DNA from: a virus
Taxonomy: Duplodnaviria > Caudoviricetes
Virus record (IMG/VR): IMGVR_UViG_3300028591_000079
Coordinates: 96,001 to 160,000 of that record
Reading direction: 5' to 3' (one strand)
Length of the DNA: 64,000 nucleotides
Below, one piece after another: positions 9,028-18,149 of this stretch. Numbering within the stretch: position 1 is the first letter of the stretch; each line of letters starts with the position of its first letter. Below the pieces are notes generated by a model. That model searched no databases. It saw only the letters and a list, made by a program, of their open reading frames with translations, and had not been told where the DNA came from. The translations under genes were made by a program, and so were the position numbers.

Positions 9028-9828
9028 TTATGGATTTACTATAAAATAAATAGTATTTGGATCTGGAGTTGTTGGAAGAGCTGTGACAACTTGAAACATT
9101 GAAATATCTGCCTTTTGATTAAATGCTTCTGCGTTTATTCCTGCTGTTTGTTCTACCGCTGTTTGTGTAAATTCTCCAATATAGAAATACAGATACATTT
9201 GAGTCGCTGGAGGTTGAACTGTTGTGCTGTTGCCATAAATTGAATTTGAATTTGATGCATCTATACCCAAAGTAATGTGGTTTCCACCACCACTGGCAGC
9301 AAATGTTCCACCGTCAGAACCGGCTTCATAAAAAGCCCCAGAGTAAGTATGTAAAAGTCCGGACCCAAGACCAGATACTGTTCCGGTAATATTCGGTAAT
9401 CCCGCTTCAACATAATCTCCAACAGCACCTCTTGCACCAACTATGCCATGTTCTGTTCTTGGAAGTTTGAATTGATTGTTTGTTGTATCTAAAATATAAT
9501 ACCAAGCAACTCCAGTATCTAAAAATATTTGCCCCACATTTGCTTCTTCACTGCTTGGACAAATTTTATGACCATCATCTGCTAAATAAAATTGTACTGT
9601 TGTTGATCCGATTGTTTCAGACGTAAGTGTTTTTCCATCAACATCATCTACTAAATGTTGGTAAGCGTCAGAATAAGTAGTTCCATCATGCCAAGTAAAA
9701 GTATCAGCACGCAACCACTCCATTTGATTTATTTGATGATCGGACCATTTAAAGTCAAAGAGATATAAAGCACTCTTATTTATTGGTCTTCCACCGGCAA
9801 TAATTCTGTTTCCTAATCTTACACTCAT
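9028..9828 (-). CDS. Tail fibre protein (collar-like plus AGLPNITG cassette)
   Basis: True start is probably MSVRLGNRIIAG at 9828 with an AAGGA SD. Contains FKLPRT and EAGLPNITG...ASNSNSIYGNSTTVQPPA, and ends VVTALPTTPDPNTIYFI. Confidence 0.7.
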   Translation of the reverse strand: MSVRLGNRIIAGGRPINKSALYLFDFKWSDHQINQMEWLRADTFTWHDGTTYSDAYQHLVDDVDGKTLTSETIGSTTVQFYLADDGHKICPSSEEANVGQIFLDTGVAWYYILDTTNNQFKLPRTEHGIVGARGAVGDYVEAGLPNITGTVSGLGSGLLHTYSGAFYEAGSDGGTFAASGGGNHITLGIDASNSNSIYGNSTTVQPPATQMYLYFYIGEFTQTAVEQTAGINAEAFNQKADISMFQVVTALPTTPDPNTIYFIVNP

Positions 9829-9839
9829 ACATATTTCCT

Positions 9840-10505
9840 TTACGCTGTTCTTCTCCAAATATTTGCTCGATATGCAGGTGGCTGAACTGTTGAACTGTTG
9901 CCATACACCGACGAAGATAACGATGCATTTAAGTTATAATAACCAGACCAAGAACCGTTGCTTGCCGCACCTTGACCCGGTGTGTATTTTGTTGAAGTAA
10001 AAGCCCCGCTATAAACACCAGTATCTATATTGCCAATAAATGCGGTTGCAAACGAACCAGTGATGTTTGGCAATCCTGCTTCTATTGTGGTGTTTGCATT
10101 TGAACCGGTACCACCCCATAATGCTCTATCTTGCGCTACCAATTCCCAAGTAGAATTAGAAATCAATGTTTCCAAGGGGCATGTTGATTGAGTACCAATA
10201 TATAAACTCCCAACAGGATATAGTGTTGATAATAATGTATTTATAGCTGAGCTTACTTCTGATGTTTTTGCATAATTACTAAGATCAACCTCTCCGCTGT
10301 CTGTTGTAACATCATCTGTAATATAACAAAACCAATCTGGATGTTGATTTTCTATGTCTTGATTTATATATTCAGATTGTGTACCGATCCAATCAAATTT
10401 ATCTGACAAAGCACCCGCAGCGTGATTTTGGTTTTCTACAGAATCAGCCTGGACATCATATACTTCGCTACCAACTTGTATTTGTCTTAATTTTGGATTT
10501 GGCAT
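9840..10505 (-). CDS. Tail fibre protein with a gp10-C-like terminal domain
   Basis: DWIGT..HPDWFCYITDD module, then LYPVGSLY...AGLPNITG...VQPPAY..NIWRRTA. Confidence 0.7.
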   Translation of the reverse strand: MPNPKLRQIQVGSEVYDVQADSVENQNHAAGALSDKFDWIGTQSEYINQDIENQHPDWFCYITDDVTTDSGEVDLSNYAKTSEVSSAINTLLSTLYPVGSLYIGTQSTCPLETLISNSTWELVAQDRALWGGTGSNANTTIEAGLPNITGSFATAFIGNIDTGVYSGAFTSTKYTPGQGAASNGSWSGYYNLNASLSSSVYGNSSTVQPPAYRANIWRRTA

Positions 10506-10514
10506 TTTTCAACC

Positions 10515-11468
10515 TTAATCTATATTGAATTTTGTTACACACATTACTAATTTTTCTTCTTCCACATCAGATGCTTCAAGACATTTACCAATTACTTTTT
10601 CGCCATCCAATGCAATTCGTCCAACACCAGGAGTTTCGCTTAAAGTAATATTGTCAAATCTTTTTACTTTACCAATTATTCTTATAGGAGTTTTTCCACA
10701 AAGTGCTACTGGTAATGAATTTTCTTTTCCAGCATCTAATACGAATCCTGGATCAGCAGAGATTACACCATTACACTTATTGTTTTTAGCGATTGTTATA
10801 TCTTTTTTACCACCAAACTGTATAAGTGTACCTTTTGAATATGTTTTATCTGATTCATACATTTCAGCAAGGTCTGCCCATTTTGCTGAGGTTGATGTTC
10901 CGTGAAAATTTGTTCCATAAGTTTCTGCTGGTAGTTGGGCTCTTATATTTCCACTAGTATCCATTCTTATTTGAATATCTGCATATTGCATTGTTCCATT
11001 TATAGATCTACTAACTCCCAATCTGTTTGCTATAGTACCATCAGTAAATTGCGCAGGAGCAACATATCCGATTTGTATATTATTATTATCAACACTTGAA
11101 AGAGAAGAACTATATATAGTTTCGGATGGATTTGTTGTACTATCAATATTTGAACTTTTATGTTTTAGCGTATCATTAAAAGTTTTTGTGCCACTAATTG
11201 TTTCATTGCCTGTTTTATGAACCGCTATAGCATCAGTTTCTGTTTTTGTGTATACACTATAACCACCCTGTACATCGTCTGTAATATAACAAATCCATTC
11301 AGGATGAAGAGTTTCTATTTGTTGTGTATTGTATTCTGCCTGAGTACCAACCCAATCATAAATATATGGTGTTGTTGAATTTGTATTATTACTGTTTACC
11401 ATTGCTTTACCATGCAATGTATAAACGTCACCACCTGCTTCAATTTCTTCTATAATATGAGTGGCCAT
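10515..11468 (-). CDS. Tail fibre protein with a C-terminal ADLAE (peptidase G2 / intramolecular chaperone-like) domain
   Basis: DWVGT..HPEWICYITDD, VHKTGNETISGTKTF, WADLAEMY...GVIS.DPG...PVALCGKTP. Confidence 0.7.
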   Translation of the reverse strand: MATHIIEEIEAGGDVYTLHGKAMVNSNNTNSTTPYIYDWVGTQAEYNTQQIETLHPEWICYITDDVQGGYSVYTKTETDAIAVHKTGNETISGTKTFNDTLKHKSSNIDSTTNPSETIYSSSLSSVDNNNIQIGYVAPAQFTDGTIANRLGVSRSINGTMQYADIQIRMDTSGNIRAQLPAETYGTNFHGTSTSAKWADLAEMYESDKTYSKGTLIQFGGKKDITIAKNNKCNGVISADPGFVLDAGKENSLPVALCGKTPIRIIGKVKRFDNITLSETPGVGRIALDGEKVIGKCLEASDVEEEKLVMCVTKFNID

Positions 11469-11480
11469 TTTCCTACCTTT

Positions 11481-11690
11481 TTATTGTAATATTAGTCTTT
11501 TATTTGTGGAGTCATATATTATTTCACTATTAACATTTGGTAAATTTACCCAAAGATCCACACCGTTGCCTACTTTGATAATTTTTATATCTGATGCATA
11601 ACCCAACTCACCATTTTGAAGTATATAGGTTGATTCTTCCCATTCTTGAGATGTTTTGATAACCTGTTTATGTCTTACTTCTTGTGACAT
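11481..11690 (-). CDS. Small Mtd-N / hyaluronidase-N-like fibre module protein
   Basis: W....IL.NGELGY.SD...IKVGNG...W.NLP. Confidence 0.65.
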   Translation of the reverse strand: MSQEVRHKQVIKTSQEWEESTYILQNGELGYASDIKIIKVGNGVDLWVNLPNVNSEIIYDSTNKRLILQ

Positions 11691-11691
11691 A

Positions 11692-12480
11692 TTAGACTCC
11701 TGGTTCCATATTTGAATTTTCTAGAACAACATCCCCGTTATCATCAGAGACCACTGTTATATTTGTTGTCACATTTTCATTTTGTTCGTCATATATTTCA
11801 TCTGTTTCATCTATATCGGCAGGATAGATTTCATTATTATTATCTAAAACCAATTCATTATTATCATCAGACACAACTACAATATCACCATCATATGAAA
11901 TATCTCCATGATCGTCTGTTTCATGTCCACCACCCTCTTCGTCATATATTGGTATTATTTCCCCATTTACGCCATCTAGAACTAAATCACCATCTTCATC
12001 TGATACCACAATTATGCCGTGGATTTCTAGACCTTCTGTGCTTGGATCGTATTCTTCTATTGGTGTTGGAGTTGGAGGTGTTCCGGTTGTTGATATTACA
12101 TTATTTTCATCTATCTTTATACCATCACCAGCAATTAGTTTATTAATCAAGTCATTATAATCACCAGTTGTGGCAACATTAGACAGAGAGGCTAATTTTG
12201 CAGCAAGAGTATTTATTTGAGTTTGCACACTATTAATTGCTGCAACTAATGAACTTTTATCTGGTGTAATTAGTTTAGATAGATCTTCAGCAGAACCACT
12301 AGATCCACTGTAATAATTTAAAGCTATCCAGGGACTTACTCCATCCCCAATTTTCAATTTAAATAATCCCCCGCCCAAAATTTCAATACATTGTTCACCA
12401 TTTGCGGGTACAGGATTTAGTGTTCTCCAGTTTGCTGTTGTGTCAATCCTGGTAATAATTGGTTTATATATAGTGGCCAT
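11692..12480 (-). CDS. Tail fibre protein, Mtd-N-like N-terminus and acidic C-terminal repeats
   Basis: RIDTTANWRTLNPVPANGE...LKIGDGVSPW..L.Y, then KSSLVAAIN, VATTGDYNDL, and three VVSD(E/D)xxxxVL repeats. Confidence 0.7.
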   Translation of the reverse strand: MATIYKPIITRIDTTANWRTLNPVPANGEQCIEILGGGLFKLKIGDGVSPWIALNYYSGSSGSAEDLSKLITPDKSSLVAAINSVQTQINTLAAKLASLSNVATTGDYNDLINKLIAGDGIKIDENNVISTTGTPPTPTPIEEYDPSTEGLEIHGIIVVSDEDGDLVLDGVNGEIIPIYDEEGGGHETDDHGDISYDGDIVVVSDDNNELVLDNNNEIYPADIDETDEIYDEQNENVTTNITVVSDDNGDVVLENSNMEPGV

Positions 12481-12631
12481 TAAAAAAACCTTTGATCATG
12501 ACGAAAATTGTCTAGTTCGAACTTATCCTATTATAGAACTTAAAACTTCTGGATATGAAAAAGGTTTGAGAATAAATGAAAATCAAACAAGTCTAAAGAT
12601 TTTGAAGTATTCTTCTTATATTTTTATTTCA

Positions 12632-14137
12632 TTACTTCATTTTATCAACTATATCAAAGAACTCATGAACAGTTTTGCACTCAATTACGCCATTATTCTC
12701 CAAGGTCTTTTTTCTAGCTTTATAGTGTTTATTCATTACAGTGTTTACCTCTGAATCATTAAAGTCTATTATAAGAGCTATATTTTCTTTATTTTGTTTT
12801 TTTCTAGCTACTCGTCCTGTTTGTTGAATTATTTTTATTGCGCTTTGTCCACCAGTAAATAATACACCAGCCTGAAAAAGAGAAATATCTACACCTTCGT
12901 CCATAACTTGAGAGGCTAAAACAATATTATAATCAGAGTTTAGTGCATTTTTTATATCGTCTGTATTTCCTTTTTTTGTGTGTAGTTTTAGTTTTTCATC
13001 ATATTCGTGTATTTTTTCTCCGCCTTGTAAAAATAAACACTTGACCCCAGATTTTGTTAGTTCTTCCATTACTTTTAATCCATGGCCTTTTACTTCTCTA
13101 AACAGCACAAGAGTTTTTATATTATTTTTATTTAGATATTTTACCATTTCTATTCCGGCTTTATTTCTTGCTTTATTATATACAACAGATCTTCTATATT
13201 GAATAAAAAATGGTGTATTGGTCGGATAAAGAACAGGATAAGACTTATAGTTGATAAAATAAGAATAAGGTTGTGCCACATTATTTCCCGCGATTGAGTC
13301 TTGTAATGAAAATTCTATAGCTGGTTCCCCCAAAAGTCCTATCAAAGTCATATCATCAACATTTTTATATGGATCTTTTGGGTTTTTAAATGGCGTTGCT
13401 GTATATCCTACTAAATGCTTGAGATTTGGAGTAAAGAATAATACAGAAAAATGAGATGCAGATTGGAAGTGGGCGCATTCATCACATATTATAACCTCTA
13501 CATCTTCTAAAAACTTTAAATATTTCTCATCACGTTGTTTTAGCCTAATATAAGAAGTTTGAGATGATATAATAAGAATACGTTTGTTAAGATCTTCTAT
13601 GCTCATACTTATTTCATCTTCACTTATCCCCATACTAACAAATCTATCATAAATCTGTTTCAATATAAAATTTTGGTTGTTTATGATTAATGTTTTCTTC
13701 CTTCTCCATAATAAAGATAACAAAGTCATAGTAGAAGTTTTACCTGATGCTGTAGACGAAACAATCAAAGAAGCATATCTAGAAACAGAAGCCAACACTA
13801 AATCTATTTGATAATCTCTAACCTCAAAAGTTGGTAGTATTTGTTTTACCTTTCTTGCAACTTCTAACACATCTTCTTTTCTATAGATTTTTACTTGATC
13901 TCTTTTATGTTCTATCTCTATTCCCAAACTTTTACTAACATATTCACATAATCCAGTTGGAAATTTTATAGTCTCAATTCCGTTTATGTAAGAGTGTATG
14001 TACCAAAACCTAGTCTCTTTCCAACTCTTTCTTTCATAGTCATAATCAAATTTAGTTAATACTTTTTTAGCCCTTTCTATTATTTCAGGACTTTCATTGC
14101 TTATATAACTCCAAAGATTGTCAAATTTATATATCAT
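12632..14137 (-). CDS. uvsW: Superfamily II DNA helicase, UvsW-like
   Basis: RDYQ (Q motif), STASGKT, DECAH, YTATP, MDEGVDI and QQTGRVAR. 501 aa, similar in size to T4 UvsW. Confidence 0.8.
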   Translation of the reverse strand: MIYKFDNLWSYISNESPEIIERAKKVLTKFDYDYERKSWKETRFWYIHSYINGIETIKFPTGLCEYVSKSLGIEIEHKRDQVKIYRKEDVLEVARKVKQILPTFEVRDYQIDLVLASVSRYASLIVSSTASGKTSTMTLLSLLWRRKKTLIINNQNFILKQIYDRFVSMGISEDEISMSIEDLNKRILIISSQTSYIRLKQRDEKYLKFLEDVEVIICDECAHFQSASHFSVLFFTPNLKHLVGYTATPFKNPKDPYKNVDDMTLIGLLGEPAIEFSLQDSIAGNNVAQPYSYFINYKSYPVLYPTNTPFFIQYRRSVVYNKARNKAGIEMVKYLNKNNIKTLVLFREVKGHGLKVMEELTKSGVKCLFLQGGEKIHEYDEKLKLHTKKGNTDDIKNALNSDYNIVLASQVMDEGVDISLFQAGVLFTGGQSAIKIIQQTGRVARKKQNKENIALIIDFNDSEVNTVMNKHYKARKKTLENNGVIECKTVHEFFDIVDKMK

Positions 14138-14153
14138 GTCTTTTAATATACAA

Positions 14154-14200
14154 TAGAACTAACAAGAAATCCACATTAAAATACTCAAATCCCAGTTCTA
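14154..14200. promoter_or_regulatory. Back-to-back divergent AGTTCTA elements
   Basis: TAGAACT at 14154-14160 faces the helicase. AGTTCTA at 14194-14200 faces the right fibre array. Confidence 0.7.
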
Positions 14201-14250
14201 TAATTCAGAGTATTTAGTTTTAGTTCAAATATAAAAAAGATAATCCAAAT

Positions 14251-15432
14251 ATGACACAAGAAGTTAGACATACCCAAAGACCTGGCAACATAAATGAAGT
14301 ACTTGCAGCCGGTGAAATTGCATATTCTGATTCTGATACCATAAAAGTCGGAGATGGTAGTAGGACTTTTGCGGCATTGCCAGAACTATCATCAAACGAA
14401 TCTCTTGGCGACAACTCTACAATTATAGCAAATTCAGCAAAAAAAATACAAGCACACGGAACATTAAATAAAAACCCCAATGCATCCGGTAATTTAGCAA
14501 AGGTTTTTGATTGGATCGGCACAAACCAAGAATTCGTTGATCAAAATATAGCCACAGTACATCCAGATTGGTTATGCTTTGTTACAGATGATGTTAGTGG
14601 TACAATGAGTGGAGCATATACTAGAGATGAAATTGATGCGTTTTTGAACAATAAAGCTGATGGTATTGGTGCCGCCGTTATGACTTCTGGAGAACAAACA
14701 ATACAGGGTGGTAAATATTTTCTTAATAACGGAATACACTCAAAAAGCACAACAGTCGATTCAACACAAACACCAGAATCTACAGAATATTTATCAATGG
14801 TTATGGCTCACGATAAAAATGGGCAAAGAATTGGAAATTTAGAAATTTATCATAGAACAGATGGGGCAATTGGTTTAGGCTTAAATGCATCAGTTGGAAT
14901 AAACGGTACAAATAGTTATTCACCAGTACTTTCAACATGGATTAGTCAAGATGGCCAAACAAAATGGACAGAAGCTGGAACACATCCAACAAGTGTAACG
15001 GCAGATAATTATGAAATAGCAACAACAGGCCATGTTATAAATGTTTTAAAAGCAATTTATCCAGTAGGAGCAATATTTATAGGAACAACTTCTACATGTC
15101 CAATGGCTCAATTCTTTGGTACATGGGAATTAGTGGCAGCAGATCGTTCACTACAGGGGAGCTCAACAAATCATGCAGCCAATACAACCATAGCAGCCGG
15201 ATTACCTAATTTAAGCGGAAGCGTCAATGTAGGCATGTTTGGTGATCCAAGTGGAACCGGTGTATTTACTGGTGCGTCTGCTGGTTATAACTGGCCATTG
15301 AGAGGAACTTATACTCAGGGATATGGTGGAAATGTACCATTCGATGCATCAAATAGCAATTCAATTTATGGTAGTAGTAATACCGTTCAACCATCAGCCT
15401 ATGTAGTAAACGTTTGGAGAAGAACAGCGTAA
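14251..15432 (+). CDS. Multi-module tail fibre protein
   Basis: Mtd-N-like start, DWIGT..HPDWLCFVTDD, TSGEQTIQGGKYF, then IYPVGAIF...AGLPNLSG...VQPSAYVVNVWRRTA. Confidence 0.75.
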   Translation: MTQEVRHTQRPGNINEVLAAGEIAYSDSDTIKVGDGSRTFAALPELSSNESLGDNSTIIANSAKKIQAHGTLNKNPNASGNLAKVFDWIGTNQEFVDQNIATVHPDWLCFVTDDVSGTMSGAYTRDEIDAFLNNKADGIGAAVMTSGEQTIQGGKYFLNNGIHSKSTTVDSTQTPESTEYLSMVMAHDKNGQRIGNLEIYHRTDGAIGLGLNASVGINGTNSYSPVLSTWISQDGQTKWTEAGTHPTSVTADNYEIATTGHVINVLKAIYPVGAIFIGTTSTCPMAQFFGTWELVAADRSLQGSSTNHAANTTIAAGLPNLSGSVNVGMFGDPSGTGVFTGASAGYNWPLRGTYTQGYGGNVPFDASNSNSIYGSSNTVQPSAYVVNVWRRTA

Positions 15433-15443
15433 AAGGAAAATAA

Positions 15444-15830
15444 ATGTCTGTAGTAAAAAAGCAATATGCAAAAATTATAGATGAAACAACTCACGAAGTG
15501 CAAATTGGTGTTGGTTGTCCTGTAAGTTATTATATTGAAATTGGCATGACATGGATGGAAACAGAACTTGCATATAACAGTAAATGGTATGAAAAAGGAT
15601 ATGCACCGAAAGAACCTGATCCAACACCAAAAACAAGAGAAGAAGTAGAAAAAATACGTGAATCTCTATATAAAGAAAAAGTAGATCCAATAACTGCGCA
15701 CATACAAAGATTAAGAGATAAAGAGCAAACAGAAACGGTGGTGGTCGAAATAAAAAGACTGATCAACATAAGAGACTATACATATACACAAATACAAATA
15801 GAAAATCCGTATCCAGTGGAAGGAAAATAA
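15444..15830 (+). CDS. Putative tail fibre assembly/chaperone protein
   Basis: Small gene after a fibre gene. WYEKGYAP then a helical R..LY...VDP..A...R segment ending ENPYP, resembling tail fibre assembly proteins. Confidence 0.55.
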   Translation: MSVVKKQYAKIIDETTHEVQIGVGCPVSYYIEIGMTWMETELAYNSKWYEKGYAPKEPDPTPKTREEVEKIRESLYKEKVDPITAHIQRLRDKEQTETVVVEIKRLINIRDYTYTQIQIENPYPVEGK

Positions 15831-15831
15831 A

Positions 15832-16419
15832 ATGAGTGTAAGACGTGGAAATGATATTATAGCTGGACTTCCAATTATAGATGGTAGTTTAAATACTTCA
15901 TCACAAAGACCTATTGCAAATGCCCCTGTTGCTTTGGCTATAAATAATTTAAACGACAGAATAGATACAATTGTTGGTGGGGATGTTTATACAAAAACTG
16001 AAGTTGATAATTTGATTGCTGGAGTTTTTGCAAATCTGTATCCCGTTGGAAGTTTATATTTGGGCACCCAAACAACATGCCCACTTACTACACTTATACC
16101 TGGTTCAACTTGGGAATTAGTATCGCAAGATAGAAGTATTCAAGGTGCGAGCACTAATCATGCAGCAGGCACAACAATAGAGGCAGGATTACCTAACATT
16201 ACAGGAATGTTTGCCTTACCTGCAACATATGGGTCAGCCAGTTCCTCAGGTGCATTAATAGCAAGTACTTCAGGAACAACAGGAAGCCCTAATAATATAA
16301 ATAAAGCCGGAGATTTACAAGTTGAGATAAATGCCTCTAATTCATCATCAATATATGGAAACTCAACTACTGTACAACCAGCAGCCTATGTAACAAATAT
16401 TTGGAGAAGAACAGCATAA
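15832..16419 (+). CDS. Tail fibre protein with a gp10-C-like terminal domain
   Basis: MSVRRGNDIIAG, YTKTEVD, then LYPVGSLY...AGLPNITG...VQPAAYVTNIWRRTA. Confidence 0.7.
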   Translation: MSVRRGNDIIAGLPIIDGSLNTSSQRPIANAPVALAINNLNDRIDTIVGGDVYTKTEVDNLIAGVFANLYPVGSLYLGTQTTCPLTTLIPGSTWELVSQDRSIQGASTNHAAGTTIEAGLPNITGMFALPATYGSASSSGALIASTSGTTGSPNNINKAGDLQVEINASNSSSIYGNSTTVQPAAYVTNIWRRTA

Positions 16420-16697
16420 TGAAAACAATAATTCTCTATTCTCCGGTTACCAAGTCTGAATATCTTATATGTTTAGATCAAGTAATACATCTTCATGAAA
16501 TAACAAATAAAAGGTCTAAATATTTTGGTTGTATAAAGATGAGATTTGAAGATGGAAGTACTGAAATATTTAAGGCCAATTACGCAGATGTTATAGAGGC
16601 TTTTGTTGTACATACTTGGTTGGAAAGTGTATGGAACAGTATGGTTTGGTGGATAAAGAGTAAAAATTTGAAAAGAAAAGAGAGCAAAAAGAAATGA
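16419..16697 (+). CDS. Hypothetical protein
   Basis: ATG overlaps the upstream stop (TAATG) and its own stop overlaps the next start (ATGA), so it is translationally coupled on both sides. Confidence 0.6.
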   Translation: MKTIILYSPVTKSEYLICLDQVIHLHEITNKRSKYFGCIKMRFEDGSTEIFKANYADVIEAFVVHTWLESVWNSMVWWIKSKNLKRKESKKK

Positions 16698-17674
16698 GTA
16701 TAAAGCAAGGTGGAGTTTTAATTGCAGGCGGCGGCAATGGTGGCGGACAAGCAGTGGTAAACATGGATAATATTACCATTACAAACAACGCCAATAATGA
16801 AATCCAAACTGTAGCAAAAATAAATCAAAATCAAGCTAATGGTGCTGAAGCTTATTTATTTGATTGGTGTGGAACTCTTGCTGAATATAACTCTCAGGCT
16901 ATTGCAACCACACACCCCGAATGGATTTGTTATATTACAGACGACAACTCTGGTTCAGGTGGTGATGAAACAGAACAAATTGTAACAGTAATATATAACA
17001 CAACGCCATATGCAAATATAAAAGCTGCTTATGATGAAGGTAAAATAATACTTTGTGTTTATAATAATGCAATATATTATGCTTCTTATTTTCTTCCTGG
17101 AACAACATCTTATATATATTTTTCTGCAATAAGATTTAGCTCGACAACAATATATGGCATAAGAGTTTCTTCATCTAATGTGTGGGCAACATACACAACA
17201 ACAGTTCAAAGTTACATAGGTGGTGCTGCATCAACAATAACAAGCTCAAATCTAACTACAAACAGAGCTCTTATTAGCAATTCATCTGGTAAAGTAGCAG
17301 TTAGCACAACAACATCTTCAGAATTAGAATTTTTAAGTGGGACAACTTCAAATATTCAAAACCAGCTAGACAATAAAGTTTCTAAAGGGTATGAAATAAT
17401 AGATTTTCAACTTCCAACATCTGCTAATTCTTATATGTGGTATAAAAAATACGCAAACGGATGGGTCGAACAGGGTGGTCTTAGTGCAACTGTTGGAACA
17501 ATAACTTTACCAGTAGAAATGAATAGTATTGAATATTCTCTTGTTGTTACACCAATTGGAACAGGGTCAAACCAAGACGTTCATGCAAATAAAGTAAGCG
17601 CAACCCAAATAGAAATTGGAAATGGTGCTGATTGGAGTATGGATTGGGAAGTAAAAGGCTTAGCGGCACAATAA
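16694..17674 (+). CDS. Tail fibre protein with a C-terminal lectin/gp53-like domain
   Basis: MSIKQGGVLIAG, DWCGT..HPEWICYITDD, NRALISNSSGKV..S..EL..L.G.TSNIQ.QLD.K, WYKKYANGWVEQGG. Confidence 0.7.
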   Translation: MSIKQGGVLIAGGGNGGGQAVVNMDNITITNNANNEIQTVAKINQNQANGAEAYLFDWCGTLAEYNSQAIATTHPEWICYITDDNSGSGGDETEQIVTVIYNTTPYANIKAAYDEGKIILCVYNNAIYYASYFLPGTTSYIYFSAIRFSSTTIYGIRVSSSNVWATYTTTVQSYIGGAASTITSSNLTTNRALISNSSGKVAVSTTTSSELEFLSGTTSNIQNQLDNKVSKGYEIIDFQLPTSANSYMWYKKYANGWVEQGGLSATVGTITLPVEMNSIEYSLVVTPIGTGSNQDVHANKVSATQIEIGNGADWSMDWEVKGLAAQ

Positions 17675-17693
17675 TAATAAAGGAAAGTAAATT

Positions 17694-18137
17694 ATGTTTT
17701 TAGCTTATCAAGGGGATTTAATATCTTTTGTTGCAAACTCTAGAGAAGAAATAGAAAAAATATCACGTATAAAGTTTACAAAAATAGAAGAAACAAATGA
17801 GCCTGTAGAAATGGTGAGTGGTACGTATTATGTTGGAGAAGAAAATATAAAAGAAGCACAAGAAAAAGATGTAAGAAAATATCGCAACCATCTTTTAGAA
17901 ACAGAAATAGACCAAATAGTTTCAAATCCTTTGCGTTGGGCAGATCTCAGTAATTATGATCAGGAAAAATATAAAGAATACAGAAGATATTTATTAGACT
18001 ATACCGAAAAAGAAAATTGGTGGAAATCTAAACCTAAAACTTTTGATGAATATTGTGACGAAGATGAAGAAGTAACATTAGATCTTAGTGGCACCAGTTT
18101 AAGCAATGCAGAACCAGTGGATATAGAAGAAGAATAA
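17694..18137 (+). CDS. Tail fibre assembly chaperone-like
   Basis: VRKYRNHLL.ET.D....PLRW.......YKEYRRYLLD...W..KP matches the phage tail assembly chaperone pattern. Confidence 0.65.
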   Translation: MFLAYQGDLISFVANSREEIEKISRIKFTKIEETNEPVEMVSGTYYVGEENIKEAQEKDVRKYRNHLLETEIDQIVSNPLRWADLSNYDQEKYKEYRRYLLDYTEKENWWKSKPKTFDEYCDEDEEVTLDLSGTSLSNAEPVDIEEE

Positions 18138-18149
18138 AAGGAAAATAAT

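Noticed and set aside
12514-12523. Perfect palindrome AGTTCGAACT beside the late motif at 12534
   Set aside because: It is a single 10-bp occurrence that shares AGTTC with the promoter motif. It could be an operator, but there is no second copy to support that.
9028-16419. Diversity-generating retroelement acting on the fibre genes (Mtd-N-like domains, variable C-termini)
   Set aside because: There is no reverse transcriptase in the window. The variable segments differ at all base types and in length, and I found no near-identical template/variable repeat pair. A DGR elsewhere in the genome cannot be excluded.
9835-16419. Classical shufflon or Gin/Cin-type invertible segment
   Set aside because: No serine or tyrosine recombinase is present, and the shared sequences sit at gene 3' ends and encode a conserved peptide. 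Kept only as a possible homologous-recombination substrate.
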